A DNA stretch of 64,000 nt, taken from an uncultured delta proteobacterium. Lineage in GTDB: Bacteria > Desulfobacterota > Binatia > UBA9968. Shown piece after piece: positions 9,560-19,548 of the stretch. A model generated the notes under the pieces. It was not told the origin of the DNA, did no database searches, and saw nothing but the letters and a program-made list of their open reading frames with translations. The DNA lies in assembly GCA_963816145.1 (NCBI GenBank), contig CAWFJP010000013.1:32001-96000 (forward strand), read 5' to 3'. The first letter of the stretch is position 1. Each line of letters starts with the position of its first letter. The translations under genes were made by a program, and so were the position numbers.

Positions 9560-10705
9560 TTATGCCACGCCGTAGAACTTCGCGGCATTTTGCCAAATCA
9601 ACTTCTGTTCGATCTCGCTGGCAATGCCCTGGAACTGCGCTTTATTGATCTCCTTGGAGTGCGGCCAAGTGGCACCGCCGTGCGGGTAGTCGCTGGCCCA
9701 CATGTAGTTGTCGATCATCTTGAGCGACTCGGCGGCGAGCACGCCTACGCGGTCGTCTTGAAAAGTCACATAAACTTGCCGCCGCACGCACTCGCTCGGC
9801 AGCGCGTCGATGGTGGGCGAGTCCGGCGCTTCGGAGCGGGCGCGCAGCAACGAACCATCCAACTTATTCATGAACGGTTGAATCCAGGCGAGATCGTATT
9901 CGGCGAGCACGAACGGCAGTCTGGGAAAACGATCGAGCACGCCGCCGAAAACCAAATCGGTCAACAGATTCAACGGCTCCAAGATGGTCCGGCGCAGGGC
10001 GTTGCGCCCTTGTTGCAGTTTGGAAATGACTTTTAACCGCGCCGCCATACGGTCACGGCCTTGAAGAATATTGATGTGAAAATGTATGGGATAGTTCATG
10101 TCTTGAGCGAGCTGCCAAAGACGGTCGTAGTCCGCGTCGCCATAGCACATTCCTTCTGGCAAACCTGATGGCAGGACAATCCCTTTGAGACCCAGCTTGG
10201 CGCAACGTTTCATCTCCTCCATGGACCAATCGATGTCGAGGGCGGAAAGCAGGCCCAATCCGATGAGACGCTTGGGCGCCGTTTTGCAGTAGTCCGTCAT
10301 CCAGTCGTTGTAGGATTGCAGTCCGGCTTTCTGCAGCGGCGTCTCATCGCCCTTCAAGCTATAAAAATTGCGTGCCATGCTGGGATAAAGCACTTCGATC
10401 TTGACGCCGTCGAGATCCATGTCTTTGAGACGCGCCACCGGGTCCCAGGGGCCGCGCCAGCTTTCCCAGGTGAAATTTTCAATCACTCGGCGCACGCCGC
10501 CGGCCTCCTTCTCCACACCCGCGGTGAAGGTCATTCCCACCGGGTCAGGCTCATGGCCGTCGAAGACCATGTACAGGCCTTTCTTCCCCGGCGGATCTTT
10601 GACGAAGTGCGGGCCATGGGAGCGCAAGTTTTTCGGTATGCGCTCCCAAGCTTCGGGCGGTTCGTTGACATGGGAATCGGCGGAGAAAAATTTTGCTTCG
10701 TCCAT
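9560..10705 (-). CDS. Amidohydrolase family 2 protein (decarboxylase/hydratase-like)
   Basis: SADSHVNEP, DMDLDGV..EVLYPS, IHFH, MWASDYPH motifs. Confidence 0.9.
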   Translation of the reverse strand: MDEAKFFSADSHVNEPPEAWERIPKNLRSHGPHFVKDPPGKKGLYMVFDGHEPDPVGMTFTAGVEKEAGGVRRVIENFTWESWRGPWDPVARLKDMDLDGVKIEVLYPSMARNFYSLKGDETPLQKAGLQSYNDWMTDYCKTAPKRLIGLGLLSALDIDWSMEEMKRCAKLGLKGIVLPSGLPEGMCYGDADYDRLWQLAQDMNYPIHFHINILQGRDRMAARLKVISKLQQGRNALRRTILEPLNLLTDLVFGGVLDRFPRLPFVLAEYDLAWIQPFMNKLDGSLLRARSEAPDSPTIDALPSECVRRQVYVTFQDDRVGVLAAESLKMIDNYMWASDYPHGGATWPHSKEINKAQFQGIASEIEQKLIWQNAAKFYGVA

Positions 10706-10736
10706 TATCGGCCTCCTGTGGGTTGGCTACTCATGC

Positions 10737-11756
10737 TTATTTGCTCTTGGCGAATTTGTAAACGTCATCGATAAAACCACTGTCTTCCAACTTACGATAA
10801 ATGCGCTCGTCGATCAGTTCTTCCGCTTTGATTTTGGCCACGCTCGGGTTATAGCGCAAGACCCGCTGAATGTTGCGCAGGCCGTCTAAACCGGGGTAGG
10901 GCTTGCGCGCCAAGGTGCGATCGAGATCCTGCAACGCTTCCTTGGCGGCGGCGATATCGGAGAACTTCAAGCGCTCGGTAAAAAAGCGAAGCACGGTCTC
11001 TTGATTGGCCGGGTTGTAAACAAACGCGGTGGCTTCGACGAGGCCCCGCAATACTGCTTCGGCGACCTCGGGCTGTTGTTGCAGATAATTGCGCGACAGT
11101 ACCAAACCCGAGCTGGCGAAGGGAATTTTCGCGCGCGACAGTTCGGCGAGGACTTTGAAACCTTTCTTGCGCAGCTCGCGCGTGAACGACGGTTCGGTCA
11201 AGATCGCATCGACGCGGCCGGAGGTGAGTGCTTGCGACAACACCGTCTGATCGCCCAGGGCTTGCAGCTTGATGCGATCGCGCTCGGGATTGAGCTTGAA
11301 ATTTTCCAAACCCAGGATGGCGCCGATCCAGGTGGTGCCACCGATGTTGGTCACACCGATTTCCCTGCCGCGCAAGTCTTCGATGATTTTCAGCTCTGGC
11401 CGGCTGACGATATCCCAGTAAACTTCGTGGGTAAAAGTCGCGACGATCTTGAGATCGTGGCCGCTCGCCGAAGCGTTCAAAGTTGGCGCGCCTCCGGTAT
11501 GGCTGAGCTGCACCTCGCCGGTTGTCAGTGCCATTACTTGGATGGTGCTGTTGCGGACATAAATAGGCTCCACTTCGACGCCATGTTTCTTGAAAAAACC
11601 ATTTTGCACGGCGAACCACAGTGGCGCGGCGCTGACGCCGACGTTGGACTGACTGAGCCGGACTTTCGCTCGTGCCACCGCCCCATAGCTGGTCGGGGTG
11701 TTCAGCATCGTGGCGGTAATGGCCGCTAGGAAAACTATAATCACTTTTGTGCCCAC
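10737..11756 (-). CDS. NitT/TauT (NMT1/SsuA-type) ABC substrate-binding protein
   Basis: Signal peptide; GFFKKHGVEVE, DLRGREIGV, LEDSGFID. GTG start. Confidence 0.88.
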   Translation of the reverse strand: MGTKVIIVFLAAITATMLNTPTSYGAVARAKVRLSQSNVGVSAAPLWFAVQNGFFKKHGVEVEPIYVRNSTIQVMALTTGEVQLSHTGGAPTLNASASGHDLKIVATFTHEVYWDIVSRPELKIIEDLRGREIGVTNIGGTTWIGAILGLENFKLNPERDRIKLQALGDQTVLSQALTSGRVDAILTEPSFTRELRKKGFKVLAELSRAKIPFASSGLVLSRNYLQQQPEVAEAVLRGLVEATAFVYNPANQETVLRFFTERLKFSDIAAAKEALQDLDRTLARKPYPGLDGLRNIQRVLRYNPSVAKIKAEELIDERIYRKLEDSGFIDDVYKFAKSK

Positions 11757-11763
11757 TGGAAAT

Positions 11764-13104
11764 TTACACCGGCCGTGACTTCAGCGATTGGGTCAGGGAC
11801 CGGATCGAAGCCAGCGATTCGAGGGTCTTAACTTGATCAACGACTGCTGCGCCATTGGCCGTGTCGATAATGCCAAGGGTGGCTGCGCTGAATTTATCGG
11901 CGACGGCGTTCCAGCCGTGTAGATCGCTGGGCACCTGTAGCTTTTCTTCCAAGCGCGCGCCGTTTTTCAATTGCACTACTAATGCCGGCCCGCCCGGTGT
12001 ATGGTGCATACGCCCCATCAATTCTTGTACTACGGATTGTTGCACATTCGCGTCGATGAAGTCCTCAGGTTTTAACTCGCGGTGAACCAGCGCCATGGCG
12101 AGACAATAGGCCATGCTAAATCTGCCCTCGTAGCCGCGCTGGGGGATCTGGCGCACCAGAGGATAGGGCTTTTGATCGCATTCGATGGACTCTATGGATT
12201 CCGGCTTTAGGTCGTGTTGGCGCACGAGCCGTAACATCGCTTCTAACCCATTGTGAGTCGCCGTGCAGGATGCGTAGGGTTTGATGCGCAGCTCCTGGGC
12301 CAAATGGAAGTTGACACCAAGATCACGCGCCAGCGATGCGACGATCTCGTCGGGGATCGGACCCAACGCTTCGAGTAAACCGAAGGGGCCTTCGATCGCC
12401 GTGTCGTCGCTAGAAAAACCGCTCTGCGCCAACAGCGCGCAAGTCACACCGGTGGCGGCGGCGTGGCCGGTGCGAAACGGTTTGGCCATGGTGCCGCCGT
12501 CGCGGGTCAAGGCGCCGCAGGAGCCGGCCGCCAAGCCAATCGCCGCCAGGGTCTCGTGCGCCGATAAACTTAAGGCGTAGCTCGCCGAGCAGGCCGCGGC
12601 GATGGGACCGAGGATGCCGTTGGAGTGCCAGCCTTTAGCGCCGGGGCCGATGCCGTCGGAGCGCCGGCCGAACAATGCGTCGAGGCTGTTGCGCACTTCG
12701 CGGCCGACGATGAAGGCCGCGAGCATCTTGGCGCCGGAAAGATTCATCTGCTCGGTGACCGCCAAGGACGCCGCCAACGTGTAGGTGGTCGAATGATTGC
12801 GGTCGTCGTAGTCGAGCCCGTGGGCGAGGATGCCGTTGATGAGCGCGGCGTCGCGCTGGCTCACCGATTTGCCTGTGCCCCATATGGTGCAAGGACCGGC
12901 GCTGGTGTTGGCGCTAGCAAACTTCAACAAATTCGCGCCGACTTCCTGGCGGGTGGCGAGCATGGCGACGCCCAAGCAGTCGAGGATTGCCAGCTTGGCG
13001 TTCTCTAGCGCCTTGGCGGGCGCGGCTTGCAAAGAAAAAGTTACGGTGAAGTCGGCAAGCTTCTGTGAAAGTTTGTGCGCGCCGTTTCTCTTTTCTCCGG
13101 ACAT
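11764..13104 (-). CDS. MmgE/PrpD family protein
   Basis: ILDCLGV, AHGLDYDD.NH, GTMAKPF..GHAA, IKPYASC...H, RFSMAY motifs. Confidence 0.9.
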   Translation of the reverse strand: MSGEKRNGAHKLSQKLADFTVTFSLQAAPAKALENAKLAILDCLGVAMLATRQEVGANLLKFASANTSAGPCTIWGTGKSVSQRDAALINGILAHGLDYDDRNHSTTYTLAASLAVTEQMNLSGAKMLAAFIVGREVRNSLDALFGRRSDGIGPGAKGWHSNGILGPIAAACSASYALSLSAHETLAAIGLAAGSCGALTRDGGTMAKPFRTGHAAATGVTCALLAQSGFSSDDTAIEGPFGLLEALGPIPDEIVASLARDLGVNFHLAQELRIKPYASCTATHNGLEAMLRLVRQHDLKPESIESIECDQKPYPLVRQIPQRGYEGRFSMAYCLAMALVHRELKPEDFIDANVQQSVVQELMGRMHHTPGGPALVVQLKNGARLEEKLQVPSDLHGWNAVADKFSAATLGIIDTANGAAVVDQVKTLESLASIRSLTQSLKSRPV

Positions 13105-13125
13105 GACAACTCCTCAATTTTAACG

Positions 13126-14172
13126 TTAGTGGCCCTTGGCATACAGTGAGTCGATGAAACCGCTCTCGTCGAGCTTGCGGATGAAGCGGTTATCGATGAC
13201 ATCTTCAACCTTGGCGCTCATGACTTTGGGGTTGAGGGTCGCCATCATCCTTTGGATATTGCGCAAACTTTCAACGACGCCGTAGGGCTTCTTTTCAAAG
13301 CCGATCAACAGGTCTTGATAGCCGTCTTCCAGGATCGCCACGTCGTTGAACTTCATGTGGCGCATCATGGTTTGCATCACAAGGTTGCGGTTGGTTGGCG
13401 TGGTAACGACGGCTTGTGCCTCGAGCAGTGCCTTTAACACGCTTTCAACGACGCCAGGATTGTCGCGCAAGAAAGCGCCGTTGACCGCGAACGCGGTGCT
13501 CATGAAAGGAATTTTTGCGCGATAGAGTTCCGCCAGAATCGTCATGCCCTTGAGTTTGGTGCGGCGGCTGAGAAAAGGGTCGAGCAGTGTCGCGTCAATA
13601 TTGCCCGCTTCCACCGCTTGGGCGAGCAAGGTTTGATTGCCGATGCCGTTGATACGAATCTGGTCGCGGGTCGAGTCTAAACCCAAGTGCTCAAGGGTCA
13701 GATAGGCGGCCATCCAGGTGGTACCGCCGATGTTGGTGACGCCGAAGCGTTTGCCGCGCAAATCTTTTGCTTCTTTGATTTCCGGACGGACGACCAGATC
13801 ATAAGCGAGCCGGTTACCGGGCGCGGCGATGATTTTCAAATCCTGTCCGCTGGACACCGCCGAAAGCATCGGCGAGCCGCCGCTGCTGGCGAACTGAACT
13901 TCGCCCGTGGCCAGCGCGGTCATTTGCAATGGACTACTGCGCAGATAGATCACTTCCATCTCGATGCCATGCTTGGCAAACAGCCCCAGTTCCTGGGCGA
14001 TCCACAGCACGGTGGAGCGCGCACTCACCGCCGACTGACTAATGCGGACTTTGACGGTGTTTGGCTTGGCGGTCTTTTGCGGTGATTGCGCCGCGTACAG
14101 GTGAGCCGTTGGCCATAGCGCAATCAGCAGCAGCAAAACGAAATAATGAAGATTCTTCCTACGAGCACCCAT
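13126..14172 (-). CDS. NitT/TauT (NMT1/SsuA-type) ABC substrate-binding protein
   Basis: Signal peptide; GLFAKHGIEMEV, DLRGKRFGV, KLDESGFIDSLY. Confidence 0.88.
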   Translation of the reverse strand: MGARRKNLHYFVLLLLIALWPTAHLYAAQSPQKTAKPNTVKVRISQSAVSARSTVLWIAQELGLFAKHGIEMEVIYLRSSPLQMTALATGEVQFASSGGSPMLSAVSSGQDLKIIAAPGNRLAYDLVVRPEIKEAKDLRGKRFGVTNIGGTTWMAAYLTLEHLGLDSTRDQIRINGIGNQTLLAQAVEAGNIDATLLDPFLSRRTKLKGMTILAELYRAKIPFMSTAFAVNGAFLRDNPGVVESVLKALLEAQAVVTTPTNRNLVMQTMMRHMKFNDVAILEDGYQDLLIGFEKKPYGVVESLRNIQRMMATLNPKVMSAKVEDVIDNRFIRKLDESGFIDSLYAKGH

Positions 14173-14178
14173 TGACTG

Positions 14179-15207
14179 TCAGTTTCCTTTAGCAAAGAGA
14201 CTGTCGATATAACCGCTCTCATCGAGCTTACGAACGAAGCGACTTTCGATAATGTCCTCTGCTTTTACCCGCGTGACTTTCGGATTCAAGCCACCCATCA
14301 TGCGCTGAATATTGCGCAGTCCTTCAACGGAAGGATAGGGCTTCCTCTCGAAGCCGACGAGTATGTCATGGTAGCCCTCTTCTAGAACGGTCGGATCGGC
14401 GATCTTCATCTGGCCCGCCATGGTTTGCAGAACGAAATTTTTGTTGGCTGGAGCGGCAATGAAGCTTTGCGCCTCCAAGAGCGATTTCACAACACTTTCA
14501 ACAATCTCGGGGTGTTCCTTAAGATAAGCGCCGTTGGCGATGAGACTGGTGTTGATGAACGGGATTTTCGCACGGTGGAGTTCGATTAACACCGACAAGC
14601 CCTTTTGTTTGAGCCGCCGGCTGAGGAACGGATCGAGCAGCGTGGCGTCGATATTGCCGGCTTCCACCGCTTGGGCGAGGATCGTCTGGTTGCCGAGCGC
14701 ATTGATGCGGATCTGATCGCGCTGATGATCGAGACCTAGATGCTCCAACGCCAAAATGGCGGCCATCCAGGTGGTACCGCCGATGTTGGTGACGCCGAAG
14801 CGTTTGCCGCGCAGATCCCGCGCTTCTTTGATTTCCGGGCGAACCACCACATCGTAAGCCAGACGGTTACTCGGACTGGCGACGATCTTGAGATCCTGTC
14901 CACCGGAGACCGCCGATAGTACCGGCGCGCCGCCACTACTCGCGAATTGAACATCACCCGTGGCCATCGCAGCCATCTGTAAGTTGCTGCTGCGCAGGTA
15001 AATGGTTTCTACTTCAAGGCCATTTTTTGCAAAAAGACCCTGTCCTTGGGCGATCCAAAGCACTGCTGAACGAGTGTTAACCGCGGACTGACTGATGCGA
15101 ATTTTAACAAGGCCAGGTCTGGTGGTTTTGGGTGTAACTTGCGCTGCTTCTGCGAGGCAAGTGCTTAATAGCAACGTCAGCGGAATGATCGCGATACGTT
15201 GAAACAT
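14179..15207 (-). CDS. NitT/TauT (NMT1/SsuA-type) ABC substrate-binding protein
   Basis: Tandem paralog of 13126..14172 with a signal peptide. Start could be TTG 15225. Confidence 0.88.
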   Translation of the reverse strand: MFQRIAIIPLTLLLSTCLAEAAQVTPKTTRPGLVKIRISQSAVNTRSAVLWIAQGQGLFAKNGLEVETIYLRSSNLQMAAMATGDVQFASSGGAPVLSAVSGGQDLKIVASPSNRLAYDVVVRPEIKEARDLRGKRFGVTNIGGTTWMAAILALEHLGLDHQRDQIRINALGNQTILAQAVEAGNIDATLLDPFLSRRLKQKGLSVLIELHRAKIPFINTSLIANGAYLKEHPEIVESVVKSLLEAQSFIAAPANKNFVLQTMAGQMKIADPTVLEEGYHDILVGFERKPYPSVEGLRNIQRMMGGLNPKVTRVKAEDIIESRFVRKLDESGYIDSLFAKGN

Positions 15208-15256
15208 CTTCTGGACCCAATCCAATGTTGCTCTACAGCCGAAAAATGCCGGGTTA

Positions 15257-16324
15257 CTAGCGCTTGCTGATAAACAGCTTGCGTTTCAATCCTTCCCACT
15301 CGCCGAACTTCTTTTCCATCACGTCGGGAGGATATTTGCTTTCGATATAGAGTTTCTTGAATTTCATCTCAGGGTCGATGACGTCGTTGCGCGCGGAGCT
15401 AAGACCGCCTTTGACGACCGCCAGTTGTCCTTCTTTCGAGTGCAAGAAATCCAAAAATAATAGTCCGGCATGGAAGTGCGGTGCTTTGGCGACTAACCCC
15501 GACGTGCCGGTGGTGCCGATCACCGGATCGATCGGCTTCCACTCCACCGGCGCGCCTTTCTGTTTGGCGACGCTGATGTTGGAGTTAAAAATGGTCGGCG
15601 ACAATGGCACTTCCCCCGACACGACCAGCTCGGCGAGCGCCGCGCCGGAAATATTTTGCACGTTGATGTTCTGAGCCGCCATTTTTTCGAGAAATTCCAG
15701 ACCGAAAGTTTCGACGACGGCGCCGATCCATTGCGTTCCAGTCGTCGTCCCAGCGATCGACATCTTACCTTTCCATTTCGGGTCGAGGAGATCCTTCATG
15801 GATTTCGGCACATCAGCCGGCGCAATGATTTTGGTGTTGTAACCGACGCTGATGTAAAGTTCGCGGCTATTCCAGTAGAGCACGCCCGTTTTGCCTTTGA
15901 CTTTGACATCGTCGTCGTAGCGCGTGAATTCAGGCAGAAATACTTCCTGAAACATTCCCGTACCTTGCATGAGCGCCATGTATTCTGGGCCAGTCTCGAC
16001 GACATCGGCAATCTGCCGCCCCGCGCCGGCTTCTTCGGTCAACCGCTTGAGCAGTTCCTTGGAGTCGCTGCGGTAGACGTTGGCCTTCACGAACGGATAC
16101 TTCTTGCCGAATTCTTGGGTCACATGGCCGGCCATCCAGGTGTTGGACGTGTAAAAGGTCACCTGGCCTTCTTTCTTAGCGCCGTCAATGAGAATCTGTT
16201 CCCGGTCCTTGCCTTGGTAGAGCGCCAGCTCGGCCGGGCTCGTCGGCTTGTTTTGTGCGCCGTGCGATTGCGCCAACGGTAAACCGATGATTACCAATAG
16301 CGATGCAAGTAGCCTGTTTACCAT
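15257..16324 (-). CDS. ABC substrate-binding protein, Fe(III)/polyamine/thiamine type
   Basis: ATG 16324 after GAGGAGG. Signal peptide; GAKKEGQVTFY, LLDPKWKGK. Confidence 0.88.
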   Translation of the reverse strand: MVNRLLASLLVIIGLPLAQSHGAQNKPTSPAELALYQGKDREQILIDGAKKEGQVTFYTSNTWMAGHVTQEFGKKYPFVKANVYRSDSKELLKRLTEEAGAGRQIADVVETGPEYMALMQGTGMFQEVFLPEFTRYDDDVKVKGKTGVLYWNSRELYISVGYNTKIIAPADVPKSMKDLLDPKWKGKMSIAGTTTGTQWIGAVVETFGLEFLEKMAAQNINVQNISGAALAELVVSGEVPLSPTIFNSNISVAKQKGAPVEWKPIDPVIGTTGTSGLVAKAPHFHAGLLFLDFLHSKEGQLAVVKGGLSSARNDVIDPEMKFKKLYIESKYPPDVMEKKFGEWEGLKRKLFISKR

Positions 16325-16353
16325 GAAGCCTCCTCGGGGCTGTCGAATATCGA

Positions 16354-17529
16354 TCAATCGAAGTAGCCGTGTTTGTGCGCCCACAACCAGAGATAGGCGA
16401 TTTTTTCGTTGTAAAGCTCGGAATAGCCGACATGGCCATAGCGTGGGATTAGAATGACATGGGCGCCGCGTGTGGTTGCGGCATATTTCCTGCCCATGAA
16501 CATCTCGCGCTTGTTTTCCAACGGCGCGCCGCCGTTGACCCAGTGGCCTTTGTCGTTCTCGCCGGCGACCAGCAAGACACGAATCGATTTCAACCAATTC
16601 GCATCCGGTTCCTGTAAGTGGTCGAAGAATTCCTCACGCGGCAGTCCGGTGCGTTTGGGGTATTCCTCCAAGATTCCAACGGCCGCGTTGTGCTGGTTGT
16701 CGCACAAACTGGTTTTCATTTGGGAACGTAGCGGGCTGACCAGACGGATGTAATCGTCGGCGCCGCCCCAGGGCGTCAAATCTTCCGGATCGATGTAGCC
16801 AGAGTTCTTGAACGAGTCCGGCGAGCGCCGCGACACATGGTCTAGTGGAATCTCCCGATATTTTTCCGCGCCGGTCTGGTCGCGCCACTCCTTGCGCCAG
16901 CCGTCGGGACCGCCACTGCCAAAACCGACTAGACCGACGACTTTGGTTTTCTTGCTGAAACGTGTCAGGTGCGCGGCCATGGGACCGCCGGTGGAGTGGC
17001 CGAAAGCGATGATGTCACGCTCCGCCAGATGTTGGTCGGTAAGCGTACCGGCCCCATGGAGAATGACGTTGAAAGTGCATTTCAGGTTGCGGTCGGCAAT
17101 TTCCTCCTGACTCAGCTCTCGATCCAGGAGATAAATCGGCATGCGCTCGGGGATGGGAACTTTCCACACGCCTCCTGGCGGATAATGGCCCGGATAGGTG
17201 AGCGTGAGGACTTTGAATCCCTGGGCGGCCGCAACCCGAGCCAGACCCGGCCGTCCGTCGGGCGTCAAGTCCATGATCTTTTCACTGCCCGCACCGCCAT
17301 GAAAAAACACCAAGGCGCGGCGCGGATCGGTTTCCTGCTCCGGCGTGTAAAGCGTGCCGTGCATGTCCCAGTCGTAACCGTTGCGTTGAAAACGAGCGGT
17401 TACATCGGTGCTGGTGAACTTTCTGTCAGCGTAGGGCGGCGCGATGGCCAGCCATTCGTCCCAAGTGAACTTCAACAACAGCTCGTTGGATTTCAATCCC
17501 TCTAAGTATTTTTCAGTCGCGCTACCCAT
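16354..17529 (-). CDS. Uncharacterised alpha/beta-hydrolase fold protein
   Basis: FFHGGAGS oxyanion-type motif, GHSTGG nucleophile elbow, AGENDKGH and YGHVG. GGAG RBS. Confidence 0.75.
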   Translation of the reverse strand: MGSATEKYLEGLKSNELLLKFTWDEWLAIAPPYADRKFTSTDVTARFQRNGYDWDMHGTLYTPEQETDPRRALVFFHGGAGSEKIMDLTPDGRPGLARVAAAQGFKVLTLTYPGHYPPGGVWKVPIPERMPIYLLDRELSQEEIADRNLKCTFNVILHGAGTLTDQHLAERDIIAFGHSTGGPMAAHLTRFSKKTKVVGLVGFGSGGPDGWRKEWRDQTGAEKYREIPLDHVSRRSPDSFKNSGYIDPEDLTPWGGADDYIRLVSPLRSQMKTSLCDNQHNAAVGILEEYPKRTGLPREEFFDHLQEPDANWLKSIRVLLVAGENDKGHWVNGGAPLENKREMFMGRKYAATTRGAHVILIPRYGHVGYSELYNEKIAYLWLWAHKHGYFD

Positions 17530-17543
17530 GACCGTGTCTCCGC

Positions 17544-18377
17544 TTACGATTTGCTCGCGTATGTATCGAGGTAATATTTGGCGATCTCACCTTTGGTGGC
17601 GAACCAAACATCGGGAAAGCCTTTGGCGTAGCGAATGCATTCTTCCCATACTCCGATCAAATGCGGCCGGCCGCCGATATGGGCGTGGACCAGGCAGTCG
17701 ATCAATTTGGGCGCGCCCGCTTGGCCCTCGGCGTACAAGCAGTCGAAGGCGGCTTTGAAACTGTCAAAATAAACCCGTGGCGGATTCTTGGGTGTGAAGA
17801 TTCCCGAGAGATCATTGGCGTAATCGAGCCGCGGCATGATGATCAATGGCTTGCCATGGACCATGCGAAACTGCGGGATGTCGGGTCCAGGCAAGTCGCC
17901 GGTCCAGAAAATGCCTTCATCGACAAAGTTTCCGAAGGTGTATTCGTTGATCCGATGGCCGGGGCTGACCCAGCCGACCGGCCGTTTACCGGTCACCGAT
18001 GCGATGGCGTCGAGTGTGCGTTTGATCAAAGCTCGTTCACTGGCGGCATTTTCGACGTCCGACAGCGCCTGATCGTTGGCCCAGCCATGTCCGACGATTT
18101 CATGGCCGCCGGCATGAAGTTCTTTCAAGGCGTCGGGAAAATCTTCGGCGATGCGGCCGTTGGTGTCGATGGTGCCTTTGACGCCATTGCGGGCAAAGAC
18201 ATCCATGATGCGCCAGATGCCGGCCTTGCCGCCGTATTCACCGTAGGCGAGCGATGCATAATCCGGCTTAGCCTCGCTGCGGCGATATTGCGAAGATTTT
18301 TCAAAGGCCTCGAAGGCGACGAAGAAGCTGACGGCGATCTTGGCATTATTGGGCCACTTGATGGGAGAGAGTCTCAT
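17544..18377 (-). CDS. Polysaccharide deacetylase family protein (PuuE/allantoinase-like)
   Basis: WPNNAKIAVSF, YGEYGGKAGIWRI, HEIVGHGW, RPVGWVSP, HAHIGGRP, DVWFAT. ATG after AAGGA. Confidence 0.88.
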   Translation of the reverse strand: MRLSPIKWPNNAKIAVSFFVAFEAFEKSSQYRRSEAKPDYASLAYGEYGGKAGIWRIMDVFARNGVKGTIDTNGRIAEDFPDALKELHAGGHEIVGHGWANDQALSDVENAASERALIKRTLDAIASVTGKRPVGWVSPGHRINEYTFGNFVDEGIFWTGDLPGPDIPQFRMVHGKPLIIMPRLDYANDLSGIFTPKNPPRVYFDSFKAAFDCLYAEGQAGAPKLIDCLVHAHIGGRPHLIGVWEECIRYAKGFPDVWFATKGEIAKYYLDTYASKS

Positions 18378-18387
18378 GATCGATTCC

Positions 18388-19401
18388 TTATTGTTTGGGC
18401 GCGCCGAAAATGTTGCGAAACTGCTCGTAGCTCTTGTTGAAATCGTCGCCGGCGCTGAACTCATCGATGACGAAATTCAATTTGTCCAATCCCTGCACGT
18501 TGGTCGGCACGGCGCGGCGAGTGGGCACGCGGCCGAACGAGGCGATGATTCTTTGTCCGTCCTCGGACAACATGAAATCGACAAACAGCTTGGCGGCGTT
18601 GGGATGGGGCGCTTTGGCGGCGACGCCGATCGGTTGAAATTTGGTGAAGACCGGCTCTTGCGCCACCCAGTCCACCGGCGCGCCTTTACGTTTTGCGTCC
18701 TCGGCGTTGTGAATATAGGTGTTGAGCACCAGCGGAAACTCACCGGCGGCAAGCAGCCCGGTGATGATCGTCAGCCCTGAAAAGAGGCGAAACTCCTGAG
18801 CGCCGAGCCGCTTCATGTAGCCCAGCCCTTTTTCCTGGCCGAGCCGTTTGAGCTTCCAAGAAAACCACTCAGGTTTGGTGCCGTCCATGGCGATCTTGCC
18901 GCGCCATTTAGGGTTCAGCAGATCGTCGTCAGTAACCGGCACTTCGCTGCGCTTCACCATCCGGGTGTTGTAAGCGATGACGTTCGGCATCATATAGATC
19001 GCCGCCCAATATCCGTCGGCGTCGAAGAAGCCTTTTTGCAACTGTTTGGTCTCGGGTGAATGATATTTTGCCAGTAGGTTTCGCTTCTTCAAAAAATAGG
19101 CTTGGGTCTCGGCTGACTGGACGACATCGAAGTCGAACCGGCCGGCTTGAGTCTCGGTCATGATCTTGGTGAGCAACCGTTCGCCGACGGCGCGAAACAT
19201 TTGAACCTGCAGGAAAGGGTACTTGGCGCGAAAGGCATCGTTGAGTTTTTGCGCCTGGTCGACGGTCATCGATGTGTAGAGGACGAGAGAACCTTCTTTT
19301 TTGGCACCTTCGATGAGTGATTCATGGTCATTGGCAATAGCCGGTGTTGTGACTAAAAGACCCAATAACACCGAGAGCGCTAGGCTGGTGGTTCTGTGCA
19401 T
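18388..19401 (-). CDS. ABC substrate-binding protein, Fe(III)/polyamine/thiamine type
   Basis: Signal peptide; GAKKEGSLVLY, LLNPKWRGK, APHPNAAKLFVDF. Confidence 0.88.
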   Translation of the reverse strand: MHRTTSLALSVLLGLLVTTPAIANDHESLIEGAKKEGSLVLYTSMTVDQAQKLNDAFRAKYPFLQVQMFRAVGERLLTKIMTETQAGRFDFDVVQSAETQAYFLKKRNLLAKYHSPETKQLQKGFFDADGYWAAIYMMPNVIAYNTRMVKRSEVPVTDDDLLNPKWRGKIAMDGTKPEWFSWKLKRLGQEKGLGYMKRLGAQEFRLFSGLTIITGLLAAGEFPLVLNTYIHNAEDAKRKGAPVDWVAQEPVFTKFQPIGVAAKAPHPNAAKLFVDFMLSEDGQRIIASFGRVPTRRAVPTNVQGLDKLNFVIDEFSAGDDFNKSYEQFRNIFGAPKQ

Positions 19402-19491
19402 GGTTCTTTCTCCCATTGAAACTCGTGCCGGATACTATCAAGGCGACGACGAGAGGGTCAACCGCGTTGCCCAGGGAGTTACTTCGCAAGA

Positions 19492-19524
19492 AATAAAAAA
19501 GGGACACCCATGGGCATCCCTTTT
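19492..19524 (-). terminator. Intrinsic terminator downstream of the NuoF-like gene
   Basis: Minus strand reads GGGATGCC-CATG-GGTGTCCC followed by T6, about 25 nt after the stop at 19549. Confidence 0.75.
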
Positions 19525-19548
19525 GTTACCGAATTCAATTCTTAACCG

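Noticed and set aside
15257-16597. Long N-terminal extensions in the ORF track (also 7415, 8491, 18464, 22369, 32131, 32835, 52089, 55444, 61670)
   Set aside because: They overlap neighbouring genes or promoter DNA; downstream starts with an RBS, signal peptide or family-typical N-terminus fit better.
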